Below, piece after piece: positions 1 to 9,822 of a stretch of DNA of 64,000 nucleotides (positions are counted from its first letter, which is position 1; every line of letters begins with the position of its first letter). Source of the stretch: Planctomycetota bacterium (GTDB lineage: Bacteria; Planctomycetota; UBA1135; GCA-002748355); contig JAGQQW010000001.1 in the NCBI GenBank assembly GCA_020426005.1, positions 32,909 to 96,908 of the forward strand. The letters run 5' to 3'. A program made the position numbers and the translations under genes. The notes below the pieces were generated by a model. The model was not told the DNA's origin, made no database searches, and saw only the letters and a program-made list of their open reading frames with translations.

Positions 1-489
1 GACCTTTCCGAGCTTCGGATTGAGAGCGACGATGCGATCGACGTTGGTCTTGGGGTTGCCGCGAAGTTCGCGCTCGGCGATCTTCCAGAGGCTGTCCCCG
101 TCCTTGATGACGTACTCGCGCGTCACCGTCGTCGCGGGGCCTTGTGGGTCATCGACGTGGACCGCCGGGGGGACGTTCTTCTCGATATCGAGGGTCTCGA
201 ACGAGCCCTTGCGTTCCTCCGACGGCGCGGGCGGCTGATCCCTTCGCACGGGTTGCAGCTTGTGCTCCGGCCCGTCGATCACGGGTGCTTTCGCGACCAC
301 GCCGGCCGACTCCTGCCAGCCCGTCGACTTCCTCGTATCCGGCGGAACCGGCCGGACGCCCTCACGGAGCTTCGCACGCTCGAACTCGGGAACCGTCGTC
401 CCGTCCTTGCCGAAGATGCCGACGCCGACGATCAGCGCACAGAGTACGAACAGGGCCAACAGCCCATACCGTTCGACGTTACCCATTCT
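1..489 (-). CDS. LysM domain-containing membrane protein (partial, C-terminus runs off the window start)
   Basis: Reverse-strand translation from the ATG at 489: MGNVERYGLLALFVLCALIVGVGIFG (N-terminal TM), ending in YVIKDGDSLWKIAERELRGNPKTNVDRIVALNPKLG, a typical LysM motif. It is not in the ORF track because no stop falls inside the window. It lies immediately downstream of ftsW on the same strand. Confidence 0.6.
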
Positions 490-538
490 CCTACCCTCCT
501 CCGATCGAAATCGGCGAGCCCTCCCGGCTCGAATGCCC

Positions 539-1651
539 TCATGCCAGGGAATCCGGAACTTCGTCGCACCGCCTGCGCGAAGACCCGGTGCCACCCCGAG
601 CGATGTTCAAGAGAATACCGACTGACGCGAGCGCGAACACCAGATTCGTGCCGCCCGACGACAGGAACGGCAAGTCGATCCCCTTCTCGGGAACGGTGAA
701 CGTCACCCCGAGTACGTTGATGCATGCCTGGAGCACGATCGTGACCCCGAGCCCGAGAGCGACGAGGAAGCGCCACGGCGTGCCCGATCCCAGCGCGATC
801 TGCACGACGGCCACGAAGAACAGGACGAAGAGCAGCAGCACGATCACGGATCCGACGAGACCGAGTTCGTTGCCGACGATGGCGAGCACGAAGTCGTTGC
901 GCGCCTCGGGCAACCAACCCATCTTCATCCAGCCGGCACCGATCCCCACACCGCCGAGCGCACCTTCGGCGAACGACTCGAGACCGCGGCCGATCTGGAA
1001 GCCCGGCATTCCCGACGAGAACTCGGCCATGCGGCTACGCGAATGCCCGAAGAACTGCAGGACGAAGACGAACGCCGTGATCGCCGTCGCCGCGAGCACG
1101 AGGACGTGCCGCAGACGAATCCCGCCGCAGAGCACGAGCATGCCCGCGATCGCGATCACGAAGAACGCATGGCCGATGTCCGGCTGTGATAGCAGTGCGA
1201 GCGACCCCGCGACGGGGACCGCGATGACGGGCAACACACCGCGAAAGAAGCTGTCTCGCAGCGCCTTGCGACGCTCGATCATCTCGGCGGTCGCGAGCAC
1301 GACGAGGATCTTGACCAACTCGGCCGGCTGGAAGCGAAAGCCGCCGAACTCGACCCAGCGGCTCGCGCCCTTGGTGGCGCCGCCGAGCACATGCGGCAAC
1401 AAGCACGAAAAGACCGCGGTCGCATAGAGCGGCAAGACGAACTTGCGTAGGGAGTCCAGTCGAATGCGGAAGCAGACGAAGAGCGCGACGAGGCCCATCA
1501 GGATGCGCATCGCGCGACTTTCGAGCGCCGCGACGAAGCCGAGCGACGGACCGTCGATCGTCGCGCTCATCAAAAGGCCGACGCCGAGCAACCCGCACAC
1601 CGCGAACAACATGGCCTCACGCCAGAAACGTCGTGCTGCCGCCTCGTTCAT
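539..1651 (-). CDS. ftsW: SEDS-family peptidoglycan glycosyltransferase FtsW/RodA
   Basis: A 370-aa polytopic membrane protein with SEDS-like conserved stretches (PSEFAKI-like ELVKILVVL, GGTNLVFALASVGILLN). It sits as the last gene of the dcw cluster directly after mraY, and 370 aa is typical for FtsW. Confidence 0.85.
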   Translation of the reverse strand: MNEAAARRFWREAMLFAVCGLLGVGLLMSATIDGPSLGFVAALESRAMRILMGLVALFVCFRIRLDSLRKFVLPLYATAVFSCLLPHVLGGATKGASRWVEFGGFRFQPAELVKILVVLATAEMIERRKALRDSFFRGVLPVIAVPVAGSLALLSQPDIGHAFFVIAIAGMLVLCGGIRLRHVLVLAATAITAFVFVLQFFGHSRSRMAEFSSGMPGFQIGRGLESFAEGALGGVGIGAGWMKMGWLPEARNDFVLAIVGNELGLVGSVIVLLLFVLFFVAVVQIALGSGTPWRFLVALGLGVTIVLQACINVLGVTFTVPEKGIDLPFLSSGGTNLVFALASVGILLNIARGGTGSSRRRCDEVPDSLA

Positions 1652-1667
1652 GCTGCGATCGCCTCCC

Positions 1668-2786
1668 TTACCGCACCTTGAACAAGGCTACAGACAACAC
1701 CGCCAACAAGACACCGATGATCCAGAACCGGACGACGATTCGTGTCTCCGGCGTTCCGTTCAGCTGAAACGCGTGATGGATCGGCGCACAGCGGAAGATG
1801 CGCTTGCCCCGCAGTTTGAACGAAGCGACCTGGAGGATGACGCTCATGGCCTCGGCAACGAAGACGCCTCCGGCGACGACGAGGAGGAGTTCCATGCGAC
1901 TCGCGAATGCGGTGTACCCGAGAAGTGCGCCGAAGCCGAGACTGCCGACATCCCCCATGAAGACCTGAGCCGGCGCCGCGTTGAACCACAAGAAGCCGAG
2001 TGCGGCCCCGACGAGGCCAGCAACCACGACCGCGAGCTCGAGGCATCCGGGGACGTAGCGCACGAAGAAGCGCGATGCGAGCTCTTCGGTTCCCACGACG
2101 TTGCAGGCGACGGTCAACGCGATCCCCGTGATCGCGAGGCATCCCGCGGCGAGACCATCCATCCCGTCGGTCAAGTTGACGGCGTTGGCACTCCCGCAGA
2201 TCACGAGCCATGCGAGCCCACAGAACGCGATCCCGCCGAGCGGCAACGACAGATCCTTTGCGAACGGTAGGAGCAGGACTTCGATTTCGTCGCCCCCGTG
2301 CGTCGAGCCTGGAGCCCACACGAACTCACGAAGCGTGATCGCGACCGCGATGACGAGGAGCGACAACAGGGCGAGCTTCAGCTTCCCGTTGATCCCGTGT
2401 TTCGTCGCGTGGTGCTGCTTGACGTGATCGTCGAGGTAGCCGATCGCAGTCGCGACCACGAAGACGACGAGCGCGAGAATGACGATCGGGACGTCGAGTC
2501 GCGCCCAGAGCACCGAGGCACCGAATATGGCGCCGAACGTGAGGATCCCCCCCATCGTCGGTGTGCCCGCCTTTCCTTCGGGCACGATCGCGCGCCGCTC
2601 GTCCCCCATCTTGGCGACGTTTTCACCGAGTCGCCGGCGACCGAGCATTGCCAAGAATCGCGGACCTACGAGGAGACACGCGAGGAACGCGGTCACGAAT
2701 GCCGCCGCCATACGAAACGACGGGTAACGCACGAGATACGGGAAGCCGTGCGCCTCGTTCAGCCACCGAAAGAGCTCGTAGAGCAT
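1668..2786 (-). CDS. mraY: Phospho-N-acetylmuramoyl-pentapeptide transferase MraY
   Basis: A 372-aa protein with the MraY signature blocks (NAVNLTDGMDGLAAG, VFMGDVGSLGFGALLG, HHAFQLNG). It sits between murF and ftsW in the dcw cluster. Confidence 0.95.
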   Translation of the reverse strand: MLYELFRWLNEAHGFPYLVRYPSFRMAAAFVTAFLACLLVGPRFLAMLGRRRLGENVAKMGDERRAIVPEGKAGTPTMGGILTFGAIFGASVLWARLDVPIVILALVVFVVATAIGYLDDHVKQHHATKHGINGKLKLALLSLLVIAVAITLREFVWAPGSTHGGDEIEVLLLPFAKDLSLPLGGIAFCGLAWLVICGSANAVNLTDGMDGLAAGCLAITGIALTVACNVVGTEELASRFFVRYVPGCLELAVVVAGLVGAALGFLWFNAAPAQVFMGDVGSLGFGALLGYTAFASRMELLLVVAGGVFVAEAMSVILQVASFKLRGKRIFRCAPIHHAFQLNGTPETRIVVRFWIIGVLLAVLSVALFKVR

Positions 2787-2805
2787 CTCGTCGCCGGCCG
2801 CGCCG

Positions 2806-4224
2806 TCAGCCCGCGGCGCCGGTCATCGCATCGACCGCACGATCGAGGGCAACAGCTCGAGACCCTTTGAACAGCACGAAATCACCTGCACCGAAGAGCG
2901 CCGGCAATTCGGGGATCAACGCATCGACGTCCTCGAACAGGACGATCGGTTTGCCGGTCTCCTCGTGGAACGCCCGCGCAGCGCACGCGGCGAGCGAGCC
3001 GACCGCAACGAGGAGATCGACCCTGCCTGCCGCGGCGACACCGGACTCTTCGTGGATCGCACGTGCTTGCTCTCCGAGTTCGCGCATATCTCCCAGCACG
3101 AGCACACGCCGCTTCACGTGGCGAATGCGATCGAGCACGGAGAGTGCTGCGAGCAACGACTCGGGATTGGCGTTGTAGCTGTCATCGAGGATCTGCACGC
3201 CGCCCGCACCGACCTTGGATTCGAGTCGACGAGGCGTCGGTCTTACGTGCGCGGCGCGCTCGACGAGTGCCGCGATCGCGCCGGGAGCATCTCCCTCGAT
3301 CGCGACTCCGATGGCGAGCACCGCGAGAAAGTTGCGGACATCGTGCAAGCCCGGCCTCCGCAAGACGGCACTTCCGAGGTGATGGCCGAGGACCTCGACG
3401 TCGAACGAGATCGCGAGCTGACCGTCGATGACGAGTGTTCGCAACGAGGTCGAGTGGACCGAAGCGCGGTGCGTCACTCCGAAGGTCACCGTACGTCGCC
3501 CACCGGCAGCTTCGCGCAAGCGCGCGATGTTCGCATCGTCGGCGTTGAGCACGACGATCGACTCGGGTCGCGACCCGGCGATGATCGCGGTCTTCTCCTG
3601 CAAGACGCCATCGACGGTTCCGAGCCCCTCGAGGTGTCCGCGGCCGACGAGCGTGATCACGACGATGTCGGGGTCGGCGATTCTCGTCAGCGAAGCGATC
3701 TCGCCAGGCGCGTTGGTTCCGATCTCGCAAACGACGAACTCGGTCTCGTCGCGCGCACGCAGCAACGTCATCGGCACGCCGATGTCGTTGTTGAACGACT
3801 TCTCGCTGACGACGATCTCGCGGTCCTGGAAGAGCGTCGCGGCGATCTCCTTCGTCGTCGTCTTGCCACAACTCCCGGTGATGCCGATCACCTTGCCCGG
3901 CAGTCGCGCACGATGCGCCCGCGCGAGATCTTGGAGCGCCGCTCGCGTATCGCGCACGACGACGGCGAACGAAGTACCCAGATCGATCTGCGGATCGAGC
4001 TCTTCGACGACGACACCGGCTGCGCCATTCGCGAGCGCAGTCACGACGTGGTCGTGGCCATCGTGATTCGGCCCGCGCAACGCGATGAAGAGCGTGTCCA
4101 CGACCGCACCCCGACTGTCCGTCGACACCGCCTTGGCCAGCCCCGTTCCGCGAAGCTCACCTTGGCAGGCGTTAGCAACGAATTCGGCGGTGAACCCCGC
4201 CGCTCGCGTCAGCGATGCAACCAT
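2806..4224 (-). CDS. murF: UDP-N-acetylmuramoyl-tripeptide--D-alanyl-D-alanine ligase MurF
   Basis: A 472-aa protein with the Mur ligase ATP-binding P-loop GITGSCGKTTTKE and the TDSR motif near the N-terminus. It follows murE in the dcw cluster. Confidence 0.9.
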   Translation of the reverse strand: MVASLTRAAGFTAEFVANACQGELRGTGLAKAVSTDSRGAVVDTLFIALRGPNHDGHDHVVTALANGAAGVVVEELDPQIDLGTSFAVVVRDTRAALQDLARAHRARLPGKVIGITGSCGKTTTKEIAATLFQDREIVVSEKSFNNDIGVPMTLLRARDETEFVVCEIGTNAPGEIASLTRIADPDIVVITLVGRGHLEGLGTVDGVLQEKTAIIAGSRPESIVVLNADDANIARLREAAGGRRTVTFGVTHRASVHSTSLRTLVIDGQLAISFDVEVLGHHLGSAVLRRPGLHDVRNFLAVLAIGVAIEGDAPGAIAALVERAAHVRPTPRRLESKVGAGGVQILDDSYNANPESLLAALSVLDRIRHVKRRVLVLGDMRELGEQARAIHEESGVAAAGRVDLLVAVGSLAACAARAFHEETGKPIVLFEDVDALIPELPALFGAGDFVLFKGSRAVALDRAVDAMTGAAG

Positions 4225-5876
4225 TCGAGTGCGACCTCGCGATCATCGAAAGCGTGCAAGGTCGTACCGATGAGTTGACCGCTCTCGTGACCCTTGCCGG
4301 CGATCACGATCGTATCGAGCTGTTCGGCAGAATCGAGGGCATGCCAGATCGCCTGTCGGCGGTCGTCGCACACGTCCACGAGCGCGGTGCTGGACTCGAG
4401 CCCGCTGATCCCGGCGAGGATCTCTTCGAGAATCCCGCGCGGATCTTCGCGTCGCGGGTTGTCGTGCGTGACGACCACGTGATCGGCGAGGGTGGCGGCG
4501 ATCTGCCCCATCTTTCCGCGCTTGCCACGATCTCGTTCCCCGCCACAGCCGAACACGACGCGCAGCGATCCGCGCGTCATCGGCCGGAGGGACTTGAGTA
4601 CCTGCTCGAGCGCATCGGGTGTGTGCGCGTAGTCGAGAAGGACGCGGAAGCGCTCGAATCCGGGCACGCTCTCGAGGCGACCTCGCACCGGCTTCGCGCG
4701 AGCCATCGCGGCACCGACGCGGAGCGGGCCGACACCGAGCGCGATCGCCGTCGCCATCGCAGCGAGCGCGTTGCGAGCGTTGTGGGTTCCGATCAACGGA
4801 AGTTCGACGTCGACGTGTCCATCGCGCGTCACGAACCGCATGCGCGTGCCAAAAGTCGTCTCGCGAAGAACCTCGCCGCGCACGTGCGTACCGTGCGGCG
4901 GCAATGCGTCGGGATGCGCAGAACCGAGTGCCCAAGTCGTCACGCGATGCGCGGGATCGATCGCGTCCCGGATCGGCAACGCGCTCGAATCGTCTGCAGG
5001 CACGACGGCGAGCTTGCCCGGCGCGAGCGAGGAGAACAGCCGCGCCTTCGCCCGCCCGTACTCCTCCATCGTGCCGTGGTAGTCGAGATGGTCGCGCGAG
5101 AGGTTCGTGAAGACCGCGGCTTCGAAGTGCACCGCGTCCGTTCGACCTTGATCGAGCGCATGCGAGCTGACTTCGATCACCGCGTGCTTGCAGCCGCGAT
5201 CGACCATCGCGCGCAAGAGTCGCTGGAGTTCGATCGGACCAGGAGTCGTGTTGGTCGCGGGCAAGACGTGTTCTCGTCCGTCGGGCTTGGGACCGAGGCG
5301 ATATTCGATCGTGCCGAGCGAACCGACGGGACGTCCATCGTCTTCGAGGCAAATGCGCAAGAGGTCCGCAACGGTCGTCTTGCCGTTGGTCCCGGTGACA
5401 CCGATCACGTGCAGATGTGTCGACGGCTCGCCATAGAAGCGCGCAGCGACGGCGCCCGCGGCACGGCGCACGTCGGGAACGACGAAGCACGGCACGGCGA
5501 CGGGCAACGGCCGTTCGGCGACGACCGCAACGGCACCTCGACCGACCGCTTCGGTCGCGAAGCGCGCCCCGTCCGCCTCGTGGCCAGGAACCGCAAAGAA
5601 GATCGCACCGCTCGTGACTCGTCCCGAGTGATCGCAGATCGAGGTCACCCCTTCGTTGCGGAATCGAACGACATCGAGCGCGGCGTGCGCCTCGAGCAGT
5701 GCTCGCAGGGCTTCGAGATCCGGCAGCAATTCGCCGACGCTCGCGATGCGATTCGCTTCGCCCGTCGATGCGGCCCGGGCAGAAGGCAGTTCGCCGATCG
5801 GTTGCACGCGCAACGTGCGCCCCGAAGGCATCCTGCGCTCGTGCGCATGTCCGTTCTCATCGCCGTTCGAAGTCAT
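4209..5876 (-). CDS. murE: UDP-N-acetylmuramoyl-L-alanyl-D-glutamate--2,6-diaminopimelate ligase MurE
   Basis: Mur ligase P-loop GVTGTNGKTT and the DNPR motif (HDNPRREDP). The ORF-track frame extends to 5972, but the first approximately 30 residues are Arg-rich. The internal Met (MTSNGDE...) just upstream of the conserved N-terminal domain is the likelier start, so the start is uncertain by about 50 aa. Confidence 0.85.
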   Translation of the reverse strand: MTSNGDENGHAHERRMPSGRTLRVQPIGELPSARAASTGEANRIASVGELLPDLEALRALLEAHAALDVVRFRNEGVTSICDHSGRVTSGAIFFAVPGHEADGARFATEAVGRGAVAVVAERPLPVAVPCFVVPDVRRAAGAVAARFYGEPSTHLHVIGVTGTNGKTTVADLLRICLEDDGRPVGSLGTIEYRLGPKPDGREHVLPATNTTPGPIELQRLLRAMVDRGCKHAVIEVSSHALDQGRTDAVHFEAAVFTNLSRDHLDYHGTMEEYGRAKARLFSSLAPGKLAVVPADDSSALPIRDAIDPAHRVTTWALGSAHPDALPPHGTHVRGEVLRETTFGTRMRFVTRDGHVDVELPLIGTHNARNALAAMATAIALGVGPLRVGAAMARAKPVRGRLESVPGFERFRVLLDYAHTPDALEQVLKSLRPMTRGSLRVVFGCGGERDRGKRGKMGQIAATLADHVVVTHDNPRREDPRGILEEILAGISGLESSTALVDVCDDRRQAIWHALDSAEQLDTIVIAGKGHESGQLIGTTLHAFDDREVALEWLHR

Positions 5877-5955
5877 GACATCGGTGACCCGCTGAGTCGC
5901 AGTAAGCGCACGCTGCGGCCTTTGTTTGCGCACCCATCCGCGCAGACCCGACAAC

Positions 5956-7869
5956 CTACCGAAACCGACCATCGCTCTCCCCTCTCTCCTCGACGGGACG
6001 TGCGACGTCCCGACTCGTGTGGCTTTGCTTGACGTAGGCCATCAGGTCCCGCACCGCAGGAGCAGCATACGTTCCACCGTAAAACTTCCGAACGTTGCGC
6101 TTCATGAGAACCGCCATCGAAAGCCACCTCGGATCGTGTGCAGGCGCGAATCCCACGAAGCTCGCGTTGGAAACCTGCCTGCGCTCGTTGATCGTCGTCC
6201 CCGTCTTTCCGGCGAGCCAACCGTCCATGTCCGGGCCGCTCAGCTCGCGTGCCGTTCCGCGAGGATCGGTAACGACGTGGACGAGCGTGCTGCGAATCCA
6301 CGAAACCGTCCGCTCGGACAGGATGCGCTCACCTGGCCCTGCACGTTCGCCGGCGCGTGCGACGAGGCGCATCCGGAAGTCGTGTCCGGTCACGAGACTC
6401 GCGAACGCCCTGGCGAAACTGATCGGATAGATCTCGAGCTGATATCCGAAGCTGAGCGACGGGCCCGTGTAGACCTCGTAGTCCGCCTTGTTCTCGAAGT
6501 TCCTCGTCGTCGGGAGTTTGCCAGGCCGCGGGCTTCCATCCGCGAGCAGAGGCAGCGGCAGTCCGAGTTCCGGTGCCTCTCCGAGCCGAAACAGATCGAG
6601 CAGTTCGCGATGGAACGGCGCTCCACCGAGCATGCCGACCTTCACTGCCCCGATGTTGCTCGACTGGATCAGGATGTCTTCGAGCCGGCAAGCACCGACG
6701 GCATGATCATCCTTGATGATGCGCGACCGGCGCGCGTGCTTGGGAACGATGCGCCACGTCTTGCCACCATCTTCGCCACAGACGAACGGCTGGCCCGGCG
6801 ACACGATCCCACGCTCGAGCGCGAGCCCGAGCACGAGTGGCTTGATGACAGAACCGGGCTCGACGCGCGCCCAATGCGTCATCGGCCAATCGCGGTCACC
6901 CGAGACTCGGAACTCGGGATCGAACGTCGGCGAACCGGCGAGTGCGAGCACGTCTCCACTGCGCAAGTCGACGAGCAGGATCATCCCCCACTCGGCTTCG
7001 GCGTCGGTCACCGCGCGATGAATCGCATCGAACGCGACTTCTTGAAACCGCGAATCGAGCGTCGTGACGATGCGCTCGGGCGCGAAGTCGTCGGCAAACG
7101 GCGCAGGCTCGAGGTCGCGCAGATAGCGCTTACCGCGTGCATTGCGCAACTCGCGCACGGTCGTCGCCTTGCCGGGAACGAGCGCGGGAAGCGCTTCGAG
7201 CCCGATCGCGCGATCATCACCGTCGGATTCACCGACGAGGGCACCGACGACGTGCGCGGCGGCACGACCGAGTGGATAGACGCGGTTCCAGCGTGAGACG
7301 AACCGAAACCGGAATCGGCAGCCGTCGTATCGCGCGCGGCCGAGCTCTTCGAAGGCGCGCAGCGCAGCGGTATCGCCGACGTCGCCCGCGACTTCGCGCT
7401 TCCAGTAATACTGCCACGGGCCACGCGTCTCACGACGCACGTCGGCTCGCTGCCACAAGTCGCGACGGAAGTCGTCGCCCGGCATGCGCAGCGCCTCGAG
7501 CACCCCCTCGCGCTCGGATCCGGACACGTGCCGATCCAACTCGAGACATGCGAGTATGCGATTCGCGAGCTCGAGTGGCAGATCGGCATTGCCGTAGCAC
7601 TCGACCTCGACATCGTACGAGAGCACCGAGCGCGCGAGCACCGCACCATGGCGATCCACGATGGTGCCTCGCGGCGCGTTCTGACGGACGGTGCGTTGCC
7701 CGTGCACGCGGCCCGGATCTGGCGATCGGCGTCCGTCAGCGTGTGCGACGAAGACCCGCCACCCGGCGAGCGCGAGCAAGAGCGAGACGACAGCGACGAC
7801 GGTAACGAAGACCCGCTCGCTCACTTCTTCGAAGACGGGACCACGCGGCTGCATCGACCTACGGATCAT
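5956..7869 (-). CDS. ftsI: Peptidoglycan D,D-transpeptidase FtsI (class B penicillin-binding protein)
   Basis: A single N-terminal TM (VFVTVVAVVSLLLALAGW) followed by a PBP dimerisation domain and a transpeptidase domain with SxxK (SVIKP), SxN (SSN) and KTG (KTGTT) motifs. The start is refined to the internal MIRRS, 5 nt after the ftsL stop. Confidence 0.85.
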   Translation of the reverse strand: MIRRSMQPRGPVFEEVSERVFVTVVAVVSLLLALAGWRVFVAHADGRRSPDPGRVHGQRTVRQNAPRGTIVDRHGAVLARSVLSYDVEVECYGNADLPLELANRILACLELDRHVSGSEREGVLEALRMPGDDFRRDLWQRADVRRETRGPWQYYWKREVAGDVGDTAALRAFEELGRARYDGCRFRFRFVSRWNRVYPLGRAAAHVVGALVGESDGDDRAIGLEALPALVPGKATTVRELRNARGKRYLRDLEPAPFADDFAPERIVTTLDSRFQEVAFDAIHRAVTDAEAEWGMILLVDLRSGDVLALAGSPTFDPEFRVSGDRDWPMTHWARVEPGSVIKPLVLGLALERGIVSPGQPFVCGEDGGKTWRIVPKHARRSRIIKDDHAVGACRLEDILIQSSNIGAVKVGMLGGAPFHRELLDLFRLGEAPELGLPLPLLADGSPRPGKLPTTRNFENKADYEVYTGPSLSFGYQLEIYPISFARAFASLVTGHDFRMRLVARAGERAGPGERILSERTVSWIRSTLVHVVTDPRGTARELSGPDMDGWLAGKTGTTINERRQVSNASFVGFAPAHDPRWLSMAVLMKRNVRKFYGGTYAAPAVRDLMAYVKQSHTSRDVARPVEERGESDGRFR

Positions 7870-7876
7870 CGCCGGG

Positions 7877-8119
7877 TCAATCTCGCGTCTTGCGGGCCTG
7901 CGCGTCGGCAGTCGAAGCCTCGAGGACCTCGGTACGACGCAACCACGCGAGACGACGCTCACAGCGTGCGCGCTCGGCGACGACATAGTTGGCATCGGCC
8001 TGCAACGCACTGAGGCGTGCACGCAGATGCAGGGTCCGGGTCCGAAGGGCGACCACCAGGAGACACACGACCAGGCAGAGGAAGAGCGCGATGAACGCGC
8101 CTCCCCACCTCATCGCCAT
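7877..8119 (-). CDS. ftsL: Cell division protein FtsL-like small bitopic membrane protein
   Basis: About 80 aa (MAMRWGGAFIALFLCLVVCLLVVAL then a coiled-coil-like tail) between rsmH and ftsI. Position and topology match FtsL, but there is no sequence-level family evidence. The upstream part of the 155-aa track ORF is Arg/Gly-rich and overlaps rsmH. Confidence 0.5.
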   Translation of the reverse strand: MAMRWGGAFIALFLCLVVCLLVVALRTRTLHLRARLSALQADANYVVAERARCERRLAWLRRTEVLEASTADAQARKTRD

Positions 8120-9108
8120 GCCTCCTGGCGACCTACCGGGGGATCGGAATCGGCCGTCTTCGCGGCCACTCGGAGCTTCGCGCTCCGACTGCGGGGATTG
8201 CTCTGCAGCTCCTCGGGGCCCGCGGTGACGGGCTTCTTCGTGATTCGCTGCATGTTCTCCCTGACGAACGTCTTCACCAGACGATCCTCCAAGCTGTGGA
8301 ACGAGATCACGACCAGGCGACCCCCGACGCGGAGCGCACGGCATGCTGCCGCGAGCCCCGCCTCGAGGACCTCCAGCTCTCTGTTGGTCGCGATTCGCAA
8401 CGCTTGGAAGACACGCGTCGCCGGATGAATCCGTCCACTACGCGCCGAGGGTGGCACCGCTCGAACCACCAACTCGGCCAGCTCCCCACCAGTCGTGGGA
8501 AGCAACTGACGTTTCCGCTCTTCGCAGATCGCTTGCGCGATCCGTCTCCAGAAGCGCTCTTCGCCGTACTCCCGGAACCAACGACCGAGTTCCTTCTCCG
8601 GAGTCGTCCGGAGCAGGTCCAAGGCAGTCGGTCCAGAAGTCTGGTCGTAACGCATGTCGAGAGAGGTCGAAGAACGGAAGGACAACCCCCTCCCGGGGTC
8701 GTCCATCTGATGCGAGCCGAAGCCCAGATCCGCGAGAACTCGATCGACAGAGTCGATACCGAGCCCTCGAAGGACCTCGTCCAAATCGGCGTAGCTCGCG
8801 TGACGAAGCTCCACTCTCGGGGCGACCCCTGCTAGAGCTTGCTCTGCGGCGGCGATCGCGGACGCGTCCCGGTCGAGACCGATCAACGTTCCACGAGCGC
8901 CGAGTTGCTCGGCAATCCCGATCGCATGGCCACCCATGCCGACCGTCGCGTCCACGACGGTCTGCCCCTCCTCGAGAGCGAGGGCTTCGATGACTTCCTT
9001 GAAAAGAACAGGTGTGTGGGGCGGCAACCCCGAATGTCCGTGTTCGCCTGACTCGTTCACGCGACGTCGCGCAGCGCCAGGCCGGGCCAGGAAGGGAGAG
9101 AGAGCCAC
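8110..9108 (-). CDS. rsmH: 16S rRNA (cytosine1402-N4)-methyltransferase RsmH (MraW)
   Basis: A 332-aa protein starting HTPVLFKEVIEAL with VVDATVGMGGHA SAM-binding motifs, located directly downstream of mraZ. Confidence 0.9.
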   Translation of the reverse strand: MALSPFLARPGAARRRVNESGEHGHSGLPPHTPVLFKEVIEALALEEGQTVVDATVGMGGHAIGIAEQLGARGTLIGLDRDASAIAAAEQALAGVAPRVELRHASYADLDEVLRGLGIDSVDRVLADLGFGSHQMDDPGRGLSFRSSTSLDMRYDQTSGPTALDLLRTTPEKELGRWFREYGEERFWRRIAQAICEERKRQLLPTTGGELAELVVRAVPPSARSGRIHPATRVFQALRIATNRELEVLEAGLAAACRALRVGGRLVVISFHSLEDRLVKTFVRENMQRITKKPVTAGPEELQSNPRSRSAKLRVAAKTADSDPPVGRQEAWR

Positions 9109-9151
9109 GAGCCCTCTCCCCCCCGGAGAAGATCGATGCAGTGCGAGTGCA

Positions 9152-9619
9152 TCACACCGGGCCCTCTTCTCCGCTGAGGATGGCTTCCAGATCCTCCTGC
9201 CAATTCGCTGTCTTGGCCTCGTAGGCCTTGTGCACTTCGGTCGCCCAGAGCTCGATGCGCTTGAGGACGCCGACGCAGGTCAGGCTGTCCCCGATCTTCG
9301 CGAACTCGCGCAGTCGATCCGGGATCGCGATGCGACCCTGCGCATCGAGCTTGACGCGCTCGGCGAGGCCGAAGAACCAGCGCTGCACCGCGCGCGTCTT
9401 CGCGTCGACCTTCTCCGAGCACTTGAGAATGCGTTGTTGGCGACGCCACTCGGGTTCGTCGAGCAGCCAGAGGCAGCCATCGACACCGGGCGTCAGCCAG
9501 AAGCTCGTGAGCGTGCGCGTGTACCCGTCGCCGTCTTCCTTCTCTTCCAGGAATTGCTTCGGAAAGAAGGCGCGCCCTTTCGGGTCGACTTTCACCTCTT
9601 TGCTTCCGAAGGCTTCCAT
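9152..9619 (-). CDS. mraZ: Transcriptional regulator MraZ
   Basis: A 155-aa protein with the duplicated MraZ fold (the FxGxxxxxxDxKGRxxxP-type repeats KVDPKGRAFFP and LDAQGRIAIP). It is the first gene of the dcw cluster. Confidence 0.9.
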   Translation of the reverse strand: MEAFGSKEVKVDPKGRAFFPKQFLEEKEDGDGYTRTLTSFWLTPGVDGCLWLLDEPEWRRQQRILKCSEKVDAKTRAVQRWFFGLAERVKLDAQGRIAIPDRLREFAKIGDSLTCVGVLKRIELWATEVHKAYEAKTANWQEDLEAILSGEEGPV

Positions 9620-9798
9620 GCATCGCTCTGGAGGAAAATGGACACTGCATGAACGTGTTCAGGACCTGCTCGATACCTGCTCTCGACATGCTCACTCACT
9701 TCACCTGCGCAACTGTATCGCTCACCACCTCCGAGTCAAGCTGTCACGGCAATCTCACTCGCGATCCATAACCTTGGCATTTAGAAGCAGTTATGAAC

Positions 9799-9822
9799 AG
9801 GTTTTCCACAAACCGTGGAAAA
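9799..9822. promoter_or_regulatory. Near-perfect inverted repeat GTTTTCCAC-aaacc-GTGGAAAAC in the mraZ and Gfo/Idh/MocA divergent promoter region
   Basis: Read directly: ggttttccac aaacc gtggaaaac is a 9-bp perfect IR with a 5-nt spacer, and it is AT-rich relative to its surroundings. It lies about 180 bp upstream of the mraZ start and about 135 bp upstream of the plus-strand oxidoreductase start. Confidence 0.3.

Noticed and set aside
144-1427. 427-aa plus-strand ORF (and 142..699 and 260..625) antisense to ftsW
   Set aside because: Its translation is Arg/Pro/Ser/Thr-rich low complexity with no motifs. It is fully antisense to a strongly supported SEDS gene, which is typical of open antisense frames in GC-rich DNA.
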